Shown in pieces: positions 17,991 through 28,795 of a stretch of DNA of 64,000 nt. The translations under genes and the position numbers were made by a program. Each line of letters starts with the position of its first letter. Position 1 is the first letter of the stretch. Below the pieces are notes generated by a model. That model was not told the origin of the DNA and did not search any database. It worked only from the letters and a program-made list of their open reading frames with translations. The stretch comes from Thermoplasmatota archaeon (GTDB lineage: Archaea > Thermoplasmatota > E2 > DHVEG-1): NCBI GenBank assembly GCA_030619765.1, contig JAUXAU010000003.1, positions 11,654 through 75,653 on the forward strand, written 5' to 3'.

Positions 17991-20039
17991 ATGAGTTCAA
18001 TGACATCTAGAGAAAACTTTCAATCATTTATCCCTGCGAAAAACATTATACCTGAATTAACACTGAAAGCAGTGTTAGTTGGCGCATTGCTCGCAATTGT
18101 TTTAGGATCAGCAAATGCCTATTTTGGATTATATGCTGGTATGACAGTATCCGCTGCCATTCCTGGTGCCGTCCTGGCATTTGCCTTACTTAGATCATTC
18201 AAAGCAACAATTCTTGAAGTAAACATTGGGATGATGGGAGCAGCAGCTGGTACTGCGCTTGCAGCAGGCGTTATCTTTACGATTCCTGCAATGTTACTTC
18301 TTGGAGCATGGACAGAAATTCATTATTTTGAAACAACAATTGTTGCAGCACTAGGAGGGATTCTTGGTGTTTTATGGATGGTATCACTCAGGCGTGCCCT
18401 GATTATCAAAACAGATCTACCATTTCCAGAAGGAGTCGCAGTTGCTGCAGTATTAACATCAACAGTAGGTGATGGTGATACAAAGAAAAAAGGACATTCT
18501 GGAGTGAGTGGTATCTGGTTATTTATAGGTGCCGTGCTTGGAGCATTGTTAAAATTTGGACAAGTTGGACTTCAAGCAATTGAGGGAAAACTGCATGGTG
18601 TTATCAATATTGGAAGATTCAATATTGGTGGAGGAGAAAATGATGGATTGTTTTATGGCGGCGTTGCAACCTCCCCAGCACTTCTTGGAGTAGGTTGGAT
18701 TATTGGACCAAGAATAGCATCTTTTGTTTTTGTCGGAGGACTACTTGGCTGGGTGGTAATTGCACCACTGATTGCTCTTGCAATTGGTATTCCAACACCA
18801 ATAACTTCAGGAGAAATCACAGATGCCATGGCTATGGCAGGTGGAAACCTCGAAGCCGGTAAGTATATCTGGGGTTTTTATAAAATCTGGGAAGATTACA
18901 TCCGATATATTGGCGTAGGTGCCATGGTTGTTGGTGGGTTATGGACGGTTTTCAAACTTAGACATAATCTTGCTGATGGAATTAGAGAGGCAGTCGTTGG
19001 CATAAAAAGTGGCCAAGTGCAGGCAAAAAAACGAACAGATCAAGATTTAAATTTCAAATATGTGTTTTTAATGATTGGAGTACTAACAATTCCTGTGTTT
19101 TTACTTTACGTATGGATTTCAAATGAATGGTTAATTTCAGGAGTCATGGCTGTGTTTGCTATTCTTTTTGCATTTATTGCAAGTGCGATTGCTGGATACA
19201 TGGCAGGATTGGTTGGCTCATCAAATAACCCAACCTCAGGAGTTACTGTTTCAGTGTTACTTTTAACCTGTTTGATTCTCCTTGGATTTGGTGTATCTGG
19301 AAGTGTGGGTGCGTATGGTATTGCACTTCTTATTGCAGCGGTTATAGCTTGTTGTGCAGCAATTTCAGGAGATGTGTTACAGTCCATGACCGCTGGACAA
19401 ATGATAGGGGCAACCCCATCCAAACAACAGATTGCTGAATTAGTTGGAATTCTTGCTGCAGCACCCGTTCTTGCACTTGTGGTATCCGCACTTCATCAAG
19501 CATATACAATCGGAAGTACGAATTTACCTGCTCCTCAAGCATTTCTTATGAGTGGTGTTGTACGTGGTGTGCTTGGTGGTGAAATGGTCTGGCCGTTTGT
19601 GCTTGCTGGAATGGTGCTTGCATTTGTTCTGATCCTCATCGATGTACCCGTACTTCCCGTGGCCATTGGTATATATCTACCGTTTACCCTTGCGGCTCCT
19701 ATTTTTTGTGGAGGAGTAATTCGCTATATCACTAATAAAAAGATTAAGAAGCATTATGGATCTGATGAAGGAGAACAAGCGAGTGAATGGGAACTAGCTA
19801 TTAAACAAACAGAAGTGAAACCAAAAGAACGCATTATTCGAACAGGTCTTTTGTTCACAGCAGGTCTTATTGCTGGAGAAGCATTAACTGGAGTGATTGT
19901 TGCATTTATTATTATCGCAGGAATAAACATTGTAATGTTTGAATTCTCCCCTGCTCTTCCAGGGCTCTTGTTATGGTTGTTTGTTGCCCTTCTTGTATTC
20001 TATATTCCATTAAGAGAAATATATGCTAAAGGTAAATAA
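17991..20039 (+). CDS. OPT family oligopeptide transporter
   Basis: ELTLKAV, ANAYFGLYAGMTVSAAIP, FPEG, SNNPTSG, APQA. Confidence 0.93.
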   Translation: MSSMTSRENFQSFIPAKNIIPELTLKAVLVGALLAIVLGSANAYFGLYAGMTVSAAIPGAVLAFALLRSFKATILEVNIGMMGAAAGTALAAGVIFTIPAMLLLGAWTEIHYFETTIVAALGGILGVLWMVSLRRALIIKTDLPFPEGVAVAAVLTSTVGDGDTKKKGHSGVSGIWLFIGAVLGALLKFGQVGLQAIEGKLHGVINIGRFNIGGGENDGLFYGGVATSPALLGVGWIIGPRIASFVFVGGLLGWVVIAPLIALAIGIPTPITSGEITDAMAMAGGNLEAGKYIWGFYKIWEDYIRYIGVGAMVVGGLWTVFKLRHNLADGIREAVVGIKSGQVQAKKRTDQDLNFKYVFLMIGVLTIPVFLLYVWISNEWLISGVMAVFAILFAFIASAIAGYMAGLVGSSNNPTSGVTVSVLLLTCLILLGFGVSGSVGAYGIALLIAAVIACCAAISGDVLQSMTAGQMIGATPSKQQIAELVGILAAAPVLALVVSALHQAYTIGSTNLPAPQAFLMSGVVRGVLGGEMVWPFVLAGMVLAFVLILIDVPVLPVAIGIYLPFTLAAPIFCGGVIRYITNKKIKKHYGSDEGEQASEWELAIKQTEVKPKERIIRTGLLFTAGLIAGEALTGVIVAFIIIAGINIVMFEFSPALPGLLLWLFVALLVFYIPLREIYAKGK

Positions 20040-20197
20040 AAAAACACGATTTGGTTTATGTATTATTTTACAGGTTCATTTTTCTGTTGTATTGATTATT
20101 TAAAACCAATGATATTTGATGCAATACATAGTAATAATTTTTTATAGATAATCTTTAAATATAATTTATTGATTAATTACTTAAGGGAGAATAATTT

Positions 20198-22387
20198 ATG
20201 AAAAATAAAAAGATAAAGAATAATTTTGTATTAGTTATGATTTTAGTTTTAGTTCTTTCAACAGCATCTCCATTTGCTGTGGGTGAAGTTTTACAGCAAA
20301 AAAATGATGACAAAAATAGTTCAATTACTCTCAACAGAGGTGTAACTTTTGTTTCCAAATCATCAGGACTTCAAGTTCCAGCAAAAGAAGGAGGAAAGAC
20401 CGAATTGGAACTTGCTGATATCAACAATGATGGACATTTAGATATTATCTGTGTTGGTGATCATGGTTCTCCTTATATTAATAGTGATCAACATGGAATC
20501 ATGGTATGGCTAGGTGATGGAGAGGGCACATGGTCTGTTGCTCAAGTTGGGAATTTCGGTTATGGTGGTATTGAAGCAGGAGACCTTAACTTAGACGGCT
20601 ATCTTGATGTAGTCTGGGGGATACATCATGATTATAGTAGCACTCCTGGTTTTGGTGATACTTTAATTGGTGCCGCTTTGGGGGATGGTACTGGCTCGAA
20701 TTGGATTCCATGGGCAACAGGGCTTGGTACTGGTGGTGAAGATTACGGTATGTTTTCAACTGATCTTGCTGATTTTGATTGTAATGGTCTACTTGATGTT
20801 ATATCTCTATCATTTGGTTGTTGCAACGGTTATCACCAGTATGAAAACCATGGAGATGGAACTTGGAGTCATACTTGGGCTTTATCTGGAGGAAATGCTA
20901 GAAATAATCTTGAAACATGTGATTTCAATGCTGATGGATATCCTGATTTTGCTGGACTTCGTGAGAATACCTATGTTTTTCTTGGAGATGGTTCTTTTGG
21001 ATTTACTATGAATCAAAATGGTCTTCCAGCTGGATACTATTATGGTATTGATTGCGGAGATATGAATAATGACGGATGTGATGATTTAGTTATTGGTTTT
21101 GGATCGTCTGGAGTACGTTGCTACAAGTTTGATAAACAAAATGATGAATGGGTTTCAGCATCCAGTGGTCTACCAACCGCTGGGACCTACGAGGTACAAT
21201 TTGGAGATATTGATGGGGATGGTTTTCTTGATATTCTTGCTTATGATGCTCCCACAGGTTATGCATATCTAGGGGATGGAAATGGGAACTGGATGCTCGA
21301 TGGAACATTTACTATGTCTAGTCCTGGTTATTATTCTGCACTTACTGTTGATGGTGATTTTGACCATGATGGTCGTGAAGATGTTTTAATACAAGCTGAG
21401 CAGGGTAGTTGGCCCTCATATCAAAATATATTAAAGGCTTATTCTCCATGGCTTGAACCAACGGAACCTACTGCTCAAGTGACGGGACCTCATGGCGGTG
21501 AAACGTTTAGAAGTGGGTCTATTCGTAATATTCGTTGGCTTTCTGCTGTTCCACCATCACAAGGAGATGCTACTGTTGAAATTCAAGTATCTCTAGATGG
21601 CGAATCAGGTCCATGGAATACAATTGCATCTGATATTCCAAATAATGGCTGCTTTCAATGGTTAGTTGATGCGGGTGGATCTGAGCATTGTAGGATAAAG
21701 ATTATTGTTTCTACATCATCTGCGAGTATATCTGCTATATCAGCATCTGATTTTACCATTATAGGTTTTAATGTGGATGCACATGGTCCTTACCAGGGAC
21801 TTATAGGTGAGTCTGTGCAATTTACAGGTTCAGCAGAAAATGGAACACCACCGTATGATTATCATTGGGATTTTGGAGATAGTGATACATCTGTTTTGCA
21901 GAACCCAACACATATTTATGATGACGCTGGAAATTTTACAGTTACTTTAACTGTTACTGATGATGATGGTATAACTGTTCGTGATTCAACCTGGGCTTTT
22001 ATTCGAGGAGATAACAACCCTCCAAGTACACCTATAATTGATGGTCCAACTAGTGGAAACGCAGGAGTTACTTATTATTACAACTTCACAATAAACGACA
22101 TAGACGGTGACCCTATGTATCTGTGGGTTGACTGGGATGACGGAACTCAGGGACCATATATTGGACCATATGAATCTGGAATAGTAAACCTTGGACATGC
22201 ATGGTCCGAGGATGGAACTTATACAATCAGAGCCAAAGCAAAAGACGTCCATGGTAATGAGAGTGAATGGGGAACACTGGAAGTTACCATGCCAAGAAAT
22301 AGAGTGTTATCTAACTCATTATTCCTACGGTTTTTACAACAATTCCCAAATGTTTTTCCAATACTCAGATACATATTAGGGCTCTAG
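20198..22387 (+). CDS. Secreted FG-GAP (VCBS) repeat protein with PKD domains
   Basis: Repeated D-x-N/D-x-DG-x-x-D motifs; WDFGD and DWDDG PKD motifs. Confidence 0.88.
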   Translation: MKNKKIKNNFVLVMILVLVLSTASPFAVGEVLQQKNDDKNSSITLNRGVTFVSKSSGLQVPAKEGGKTELELADINNDGHLDIICVGDHGSPYINSDQHGIMVWLGDGEGTWSVAQVGNFGYGGIEAGDLNLDGYLDVVWGIHHDYSSTPGFGDTLIGAALGDGTGSNWIPWATGLGTGGEDYGMFSTDLADFDCNGLLDVISLSFGCCNGYHQYENHGDGTWSHTWALSGGNARNNLETCDFNADGYPDFAGLRENTYVFLGDGSFGFTMNQNGLPAGYYYGIDCGDMNNDGCDDLVIGFGSSGVRCYKFDKQNDEWVSASSGLPTAGTYEVQFGDIDGDGFLDILAYDAPTGYAYLGDGNGNWMLDGTFTMSSPGYYSALTVDGDFDHDGREDVLIQAEQGSWPSYQNILKAYSPWLEPTEPTAQVTGPHGGETFRSGSIRNIRWLSAVPPSQGDATVEIQVSLDGESGPWNTIASDIPNNGCFQWLVDAGGSEHCRIKIIVSTSSASISAISASDFTIIGFNVDAHGPYQGLIGESVQFTGSAENGTPPYDYHWDFGDSDTSVLQNPTHIYDDAGNFTVTLTVTDDDGITVRDSTWAFIRGDNNPPSTPIIDGPTSGNAGVTYYYNFTINDIDGDPMYLWVDWDDGTQGPYIGPYESGIVNLGHAWSEDGTYTIRAKAKDVHGNESEWGTLEVTMPRNRVLSNSLFLRFLQQFPNVFPILRYILGL

Positions 22388-22519
22388 TGCTAAAAAACCC
22401 CTCTTTTTTTAATCTAATCGGAAGGCTAATTAGGGCAATCGCCTTTGATAAGAGGATTTTTTGAATACATAGCCATAATCAGCAAGTTTTTTATCATAAT
22501 CTTAAAGTTAATATTATAA

Positions 22520-23749
22520 CTATGATGCGAGTCTATTAGCTCTCATAAATAATGCATTTGTTATTAACCAGAATGCCAGTCCCTCTATATTTCTATAACC
22601 TTGGGTTGAGTCTAAACAATTTGTAAAAATAATAATTGCGGTATTGTCATCTGATCGAACTGTCATTAATGTATGGACACCTGGCCAGCCTCCACTATGG
22701 CCAATTTCCTTTTTACCAGATTTACTTACTTTAATACTCCATCCTAGCCCATAACCATACCCTTTATCGTTTATAGGGTAATGTGCTGTATGCATTAATT
22801 CAACGGTGGATTCGTTTAATATTCTAACATCATTGTATATTCCGCCGTTCATATGTGCAATCAAAAAATGTGAAAACTCTTCAACCGATGTTCTCAGAGA
22901 AGCCGCAGGGTAGAGAACCAACATTCCATAATGTGGATTAGGGATATAATCTCCCTTCTTATAGAAATAAGGAATTGCTATTTTACTAATATCGAGATCC
23001 TTAAGTCGGAAGCTAGTGTTATACATGCCTAATGGTATGAAAATATGTTCTTTGCAGTATTCATTAAAATTTTGACCAGATATTGTTTCGACAAGAAATC
23101 CAATGATTGAAAAACCAATATTTGCATAGTAGTATTGCTCCCCTGGTGGATAATCTGACCAAACTGATGAATGATAGGCATATCCGTCAGGCGTTAAATA
23201 TTCTTCTAGCCATGGGTCAGGATATGATGGTATATCTGGATCTCCTGGTATGTATGATAAACACAGTCGATCCGAATTATCCGAAGCTAAACTAGATCGA
23301 TGAGAAAGAAGCATACGGAATGTTATAGGAATATCAGGATAATTAGGGTTTCTAAGGCTAAATGGTAAATAATCGTTCACATCATCATCAAGATTAAAAA
23401 ATCCTTGTTCATACAACTGCATTAAGGCAGTAGCCGTAACAGTTTTGGATATCGAAGCAAGAAGATAAAGAGTATCAGATGTCGCTGGTTTATTATTTTC
23501 AATATCATAAAGACCGTATCCCTTTGACCAAACAGCACTATCGTTTATTATAATGCATGCTGAAACTGAGGGTTTATGAGCAAGTTTCATTAGAATTGTT
23601 ATAAATCTATCAAAAAGTAATTCATTTGAATCTCCACCGTATTCAAATTTATTAATTATATCATTTCTACTGGATCCAGTAGTTGCTGGGTTAATGATAA
23701 TTCCAATAAACAAAACCATAATTACAAGAGCAATTATTTTTTTCTTCAT
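22520..23749 (-). CDS. Secreted serine hydrolase, beta-lactamase/class C family
   Basis: SISK (SxxK), YAN, GHSGG. Confidence 0.9.
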   Translation of the reverse strand: MKKKIIALVIMVLFIGIIINPATTGSSRNDIINKFEYGGDSNELLFDRFITILMKLAHKPSVSACIIINDSAVWSKGYGLYDIENNKPATSDTLYLLASISKTVTATALMQLYEQGFFNLDDDVNDYLPFSLRNPNYPDIPITFRMLLSHRSSLASDNSDRLCLSYIPGDPDIPSYPDPWLEEYLTPDGYAYHSSVWSDYPPGEQYYYANIGFSIIGFLVETISGQNFNEYCKEHIFIPLGMYNTSFRLKDLDISKIAIPYFYKKGDYIPNPHYGMLVLYPAASLRTSVEEFSHFLIAHMNGGIYNDVRILNESTVELMHTAHYPINDKGYGYGLGWSIKVSKSGKKEIGHSGGWPGVHTLMTVRSDDNTAIIIFTNCLDSTQGYRNIEGLAFWLITNALFMRANRLAS

Positions 23750-23851
23750 TTCATAATCACCTTTTTTATCTGATATTATTTTTAATAACGTTTAAATTAT
23801 AAAAAACTTCTGTAATTAGGGAGCTATGATTGGAGCCTATAAAGAGAAATA

Positions 23852-25741
23852 CTATCCTCCAACTTTAAGGCTTGGGTCTCCGAATAGCTGCCATTGTTGT
23901 ACCATTTTTGGATCCATTTCATCGTGGCTGCATAGAAACGTATGTAGGTAATCCTTTATTGCTCCGCTATGTAAATCTCCGAGAATGTCTACTTTTTCTT
24001 GGTTATATAGTTGGAAGAATCTTAGCTCAAGCCATCCATCTAGTACTTCAAGATAGTCGTTTACATTATTTTGATCTGCATCGCTCATGGCATGTGTCCC
24101 TAGTCCTGTGTTGGCTATAGTTGCTATTGCTCCTCCTCCTTTTTTACTGGTTAGTTTCCATGCCCAACAGCTAGCCGGTGCAAGTTTTATTTTCCCTCTT
24201 TTAAGGCTATTACCTATTGACAAGTCAAATTTTCCGTTGAAACATCCTCCTACTACTGTTATCGGGAGTTTGTTTTTATTTCTAAGAAAATTCATGTATG
24301 TTGTGTGGTAGAAGGTGATTAATCCTAATCTGCTAAGTGATGGCCCCCATCCGGTGGCATCAGGTGGGTAATGTATTCCCCAACTAGTTGCTGAGCCGTG
24401 TCCGCAGAAATAAGCAAATCCCGCTCCTTTGTTTATGGCTTTGTTTATATTTCTAACTAATAATTTATTTTCCTTAGTGGCATATAGTTTTACAGGAGTA
24501 AAACCTGACATTATTTCTGATGCTTCTTCCATTATTAGTACGCCTTCACTTATCTGACCTGGGTCTTTCCAGTGGTCACCTGACACAAGTATCATTTTTT
24601 TGAACCAATCATCATCGGCCTTTTTTTTCTCGTAGTCAATTATTTTATTTACTACGATTCTAACTTCACGTTTATTTCTACATGGTAGCCGACCGAGGTA
24701 GACGTCTGGGTATAGGTCCATTTCATCTATTTCTGTTGATCCCTCCCATTCCGCAAAAATATTGTTGTCGTTGGTATCCCAGCTAGAGAAATTCCCTTCA
24801 CTGTCATAAATATCTGCAAAGTATAGATCGCAGATGAACTTTGGCTCTGGTACTTCTTGTTTATCTTCTGAGACTAGAACATGGCTGTATCTAGTTGGTA
24901 GGTTCCATTTTGTTGTTTGACCTTTAATACCGCCAACTAATAGAACATATTCGATTCCCCAGTTTTCGATTGCTTCTTTGATATAGTATTTTATCTTTTC
25001 TTGTGTATCTCTACCGTTGGTGTCTTGGATTTCATTTAATGTTACAAGTTTTGTTTTGATACCTATTTTTTCTTTATGGTTTACAAATGGTTGTAGAGGT
25101 TTTTTAAAATCTGAAACAGTGAGAATTAATAGATCATATTCATCTTTGTTTTCTAATAATGGGTCGTCAGGTTGTTCATAGATTATGGTAACCATAGCTT
25201 GTTCAATAAAATCTATCTCATAGTCTGCTGGTCTATATGTTATGGGGTTAACTCTAACGGTTAGGAATGTTTTGTGTATACCGTTGGATAAACCTCCACC
25301 CGTGTTATAAGATATAAAACTAGATGGAAACCTTGTATCCTTATCATAAATATTTGGGTCTTCGCCTGTAAGAGTGGAACATGAGCCAACCGAGATTTTT
25401 TTCGTAAGAGTTATTGCTTCAGGTTCTGAGTATTCATAGATAATATCTAGTATTTTTGTTCCAAAAGGAAACTCATATGTTGTGGTTTTTACAGGTATCA
25501 CAGGCCATCCATCATGTATATCGTAAAAATCTGCTTCATCAACGTACACACAGGTATATTCTCCAAATTCGCCGAAGGTAGGATATGAAAAAGTGTATTT
25601 TTGTGTTATCGTTTCCCCTTGTATATTTAAATATTGGTCTACGTTGTCTTCTGTATCTCTATCTTTATCTTCATATATAATAAAGACTACAGCGCATGCA
25701 ATTAATACAAAAGCCATAATTATTGCAAGGATATTTTTCAT
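23852..25741 (-). CDS. C25 (gingipain-type) cysteine peptidase
   Basis: DLYFAD, PDVYLGRLP, FCGHG, GGCFNG, WQLFGDPSL. Confidence 0.92.
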   Translation of the reverse strand: MKNILAIIMAFVLIACAVVFIIYEDKDRDTEDNVDQYLNIQGETITQKYTFSYPTFGEFGEYTCVYVDEADFYDIHDGWPVIPVKTTTYEFPFGTKILDIIYEYSEPEAITLTKKISVGSCSTLTGEDPNIYDKDTRFPSSFISYNTGGGLSNGIHKTFLTVRVNPITYRPADYEIDFIEQAMVTIIYEQPDDPLLENKDEYDLLILTVSDFKKPLQPFVNHKEKIGIKTKLVTLNEIQDTNGRDTQEKIKYYIKEAIENWGIEYVLLVGGIKGQTTKWNLPTRYSHVLVSEDKQEVPEPKFICDLYFADIYDSEGNFSSWDTNDNNIFAEWEGSTEIDEMDLYPDVYLGRLPCRNKREVRIVVNKIIDYEKKKADDDWFKKMILVSGDHWKDPGQISEGVLIMEEASEIMSGFTPVKLYATKENKLLVRNINKAINKGAGFAYFCGHGSATSWGIHYPPDATGWGPSLSRLGLITFYHTTYMNFLRNKNKLPITVVGGCFNGKFDLSIGNSLKRGKIKLAPASCWAWKLTSKKGGGAIATIANTGLGTHAMSDADQNNVNDYLEVLDGWLELRFFQLYNQEKVDILGDLHSGAIKDYLHTFLCSHDEMDPKMVQQWQLFGDPSLKVGG

Positions 25742-25899
25742 ATGTTTTCACATTTTATCTTTAAATATATTCAATGGTATTTATATACGCTTTGTTATTT
25801 AACATATAAAAACTTTTATAAATATTTTCTATTGGAAGCAATACCTAGCAAGGTTTCTAATGAGACTATGATTAGGTGCAGGAGTAGTAACTAGCAGGT

Positions 25900-27090
25900 T
25901 TAAGACCTTCTAATGTGCCCTTTAAGCTTAATAAAATACAATATTAATAGTGCAGGACCAAAAACCCATGCAGAATAGAGAAATGTACGGGCAAAACCAA
26001 TTGTAGCAACCATAGAGCCTGTGATCATTCCACCGCCGTTTAAACCAACGTTTGCAACACCTGTGAAAATACCATATTGAGTAGCACCGATTCTTGGATT
26101 TGTTACATCCATAAACAGTGCACAAGATACTGTTGAATGAGCACCCATCAGAAATCCAATTATACCATAAATTATTGATAATTTCCACCAGTTATTTGTG
26201 AAAATAAGGGATGCAGTAAAAATTGCATTTAATCCAAGGAAAATATATAATGTTAATTTCCTTCCAATTTTATCTGTGGTAATCCCACCGGCTACCGAAC
26301 CAATGGCTAAAAATATTGGAAAAATCATAGATATAAGCCCAATTTGAACATCACTAATTCCAAGACTGTCCCTCATATAAATAGGCATAATAAATGACAA
26401 CATTCCCTCACTCATGAAAACGATTGGCGAAAAAATTGCTATTAACTGAGTTGTCTTCTTCTTAAACTCTTTTATAACTAGAGATACTATTTTTTGTCTT
26501 GACTTGAACTTAATCGTTTCCTTTACAAGAAAAGGAAAGATAAGAATTAGCAAAATTATAAGACCGTTTGTGAGATAGGCATAACCATAACCAAAATTAG
26601 AGCCTATTAAGGGGAGTAAAGCTGCCCCAATAGCCCAGGCGGAGTATTGACCTGCAAACATTGAACCATTTATTTTTCCCCGGTCTTTATCTGTTGAAAC
26701 ATCAATTGCCCAAGCATCTGTTGAAACATCTATGAAACCGATACCAATATGGCCTAGAAATATCAAAAGAGTAAATGGTATCAAAGAAACACCAGGGTCA
26801 ACCATGGAGACTAAAAACATGGAAGAAACGGTTAGTAGCCCTCCAAATATGATAAAAGTTTTTCTTCCAAACCTAATAAATCGGTCAACTATAGGACCCC
26901 AAATAAATTTTAGCATCCAGGGTATATTGACAATACCAACAATAAGAGTGGTGAGTGGAATAGGAACTGCTTTTTCTCGTAGATAAAGTGATGTAACTAC
27001 CGTTGTTATTGCAATCATTAATCCTTCTGAGAAGTAGAGATTCCCAAATAAGGAGTATTTCAGAAAACTGTGTTTAGTGATATCAATCAT
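25900..27090 (-). CDS. MFS transporter (AmpG-like)
   Basis: About 12 TM; LYFSEG, KFIWGPIVD, DVSTDAWA. Confidence 0.88.
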   Translation of the reverse strand: MIDITKHSFLKYSLFGNLYFSEGLMIAITTVVTSLYLREKAVPIPLTTLIVGIVNIPWMLKFIWGPIVDRFIRFGRKTFIIFGGLLTVSSMFLVSMVDPGVSLIPFTLLIFLGHIGIGFIDVSTDAWAIDVSTDKDRGKINGSMFAGQYSAWAIGAALLPLIGSNFGYGYAYLTNGLIILLILIFPFLVKETIKFKSRQKIVSLVIKEFKKKTTQLIAIFSPIVFMSEGMLSFIMPIYMRDSLGISDVQIGLISMIFPIFLAIGSVAGGITTDKIGRKLTLYIFLGLNAIFTASLIFTNNWWKLSIIYGIIGFLMGAHSTVSCALFMDVTNPRIGATQYGIFTGVANVGLNGGGMITGSMVATIGFARTFLYSAWVFGPALLILYFIKLKGHIRRS

Positions 27091-27250
27091 GGTTTTTTAA
27101 TTGTAAAAAAAGATTTAAATGTTGCTATAAAAATATCAAATGCAATACTTAACTATAATCACTATTTATGATTAGAGTTTGGAATGTGTATCGGCTTTTG
27201 TAATATTTGACCGATACCGATATATATTAGTTTTAACATATCGGTATATT

Positions 27251-28174
27251 ATGAAATATGCCGATACCGATATTTACATTGATGAATTATTACTAAAAAG
27301 AGTAGAAGAAAAGAAAAAACGATTAGATAAACTTAGACCACTTCCTAAAGATGCAATAAAGAAATTGCTTGAAGATATTAGACTTCGACACACTTATCAT
27401 TCTGATGCAATCGAAGGAAACACATTAACATTACAAGAAACAAAACTTGTACTTGAAGAAGGAATTACCATAGGTGGCAAACCATTAAAAGATCATGTTG
27501 AAGCAAAAAACGATGCTGAGGCTTTTGATCTAATGGTTAAGTTAGTTCATGCAAAAAAACCTATCTCACAGGAAATTATCCAAGAGATTCATGAAATAGT
27601 TACTAAAGGATTATTAAAAGATTCTGGAAAATATCGAACAGAAAATGTAAGAATCACAGGATCGAAAACCACGCCACCAAGTTATTCCAAAATTGTAAAA
27701 CTCATGGAAGAATATGTGTGCAATATAAAACAATTAAAACTCAACTCTATAAAGAAAGCTGCATTTATTCAACACGAACTTGTTCGTATACATCCTTTTC
27801 TTGATGGTAATGGACGAGTAGCAAGGCTTATTACAAATCTCTATTTGATGCAAATGGGATACCCCCCTATTATTTTAAAAAAGGGAGATCGACGTAGATA
27901 CTATCAGGTTTTACAAATAGCTGATGATGGTGATTTATCATCATTTGCTACCTTTATTGCAAAGGCCTCACATGAAGCATTGATGTACTATCTGTCAAGT
28001 TTTGTGGAGGATGAACAACTTATGTCATTAAAGGAAATTGCTGATTTTTTTCCTTATTCTCAGGAATACCTTAGTCTTCGTGCGAGACAAGGCAAACTTG
28101 ATGCAGTAAAAATGGATAATGTCTGGTATTCATCAAAACGTGCTCTCAAAGAGTATCTGAAAAGTATGAGATGA
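27251..28174 (+). CDS. Fic family protein with C-terminal DNA-binding domain
   Basis: HPFLDGNGRVAR catalytic motif, SDAIEGN. Confidence 0.92.
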   Translation: MKYADTDIYIDELLLKRVEEKKKRLDKLRPLPKDAIKKLLEDIRLRHTYHSDAIEGNTLTLQETKLVLEEGITIGGKPLKDHVEAKNDAEAFDLMVKLVHAKKPISQEIIQEIHEIVTKGLLKDSGKYRTENVRITGSKTTPPSYSKIVKLMEEYVCNIKQLKLNSIKKAAFIQHELVRIHPFLDGNGRVARLITNLYLMQMGYPPIILKKGDRRRYYQVLQIADDGDLSSFATFIAKASHEALMYYLSSFVEDEQLMSLKEIADFFPYSQEYLSLRARQGKLDAVKMDNVWYSSKRALKEYLKSMR

Positions 28175-28381
28175 CCATGATCTAATCAAGGTTTTGATTA
28201 GATATAGGCATAATTATTGATGAGGCTAAGATTAGATACTTAGATATCATCTTGTGGTTTAGAATATTATGATTGGATTATTACAGTATTTTTTTAAAAA
28301 TGTAGATAGTGGCTATGATTAGAATCTAAACATTTATAATCTAGCATAGAATCATAAATTTTATTAGGAGAGATAGAAAAA

Positions 28382-28576
28382 ATGCCAATTGTTCAAGTAG
28401 ATGTATGGAAAGGGTTTGGAGAAGAAAAAGCGAAAACCGTGATTCAAAATATTACTAAAGTATTTGTTGATTTGGGAATTCCAGAACAGGCTGTGGAAGT
28501 AATTGTAAATGAAATCCCAAAATCGCATTGGGGGATTGGTGGAGAGCCTGCATCAGAAAAGTTCAAGAACATATGA
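28382..28576 (+). CDS. 4-oxalocrotonate tautomerase family protein
   Basis: Pro at position 2 (MPIVQV), WGIGG. Confidence 0.88.
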   Translation: MPIVQVDVWKGFGEEKAKTVIQNITKVFVDLGIPEQAVEVIVNEIPKSHWGIGGEPASEKFKNI

Positions 28577-28795
28577 TTGAGGCTATGATTAGAGTTTTTA
28601 AGGAGAAAAACTAACTCTAATTATGTTTTTGATTAGATAATGTAGACAATATCGAGCAGGTTTTGTTTATTGATCTTTTAATTATTTTTTAGTAATAAAC
28701 TTATGATAACGATTTAATACGGATAAGCAATATATTTATTCGAAATAACAAGAAGTAAAAATGAAGGCTAATAAATCAGTTTATAAGGAGATGAA

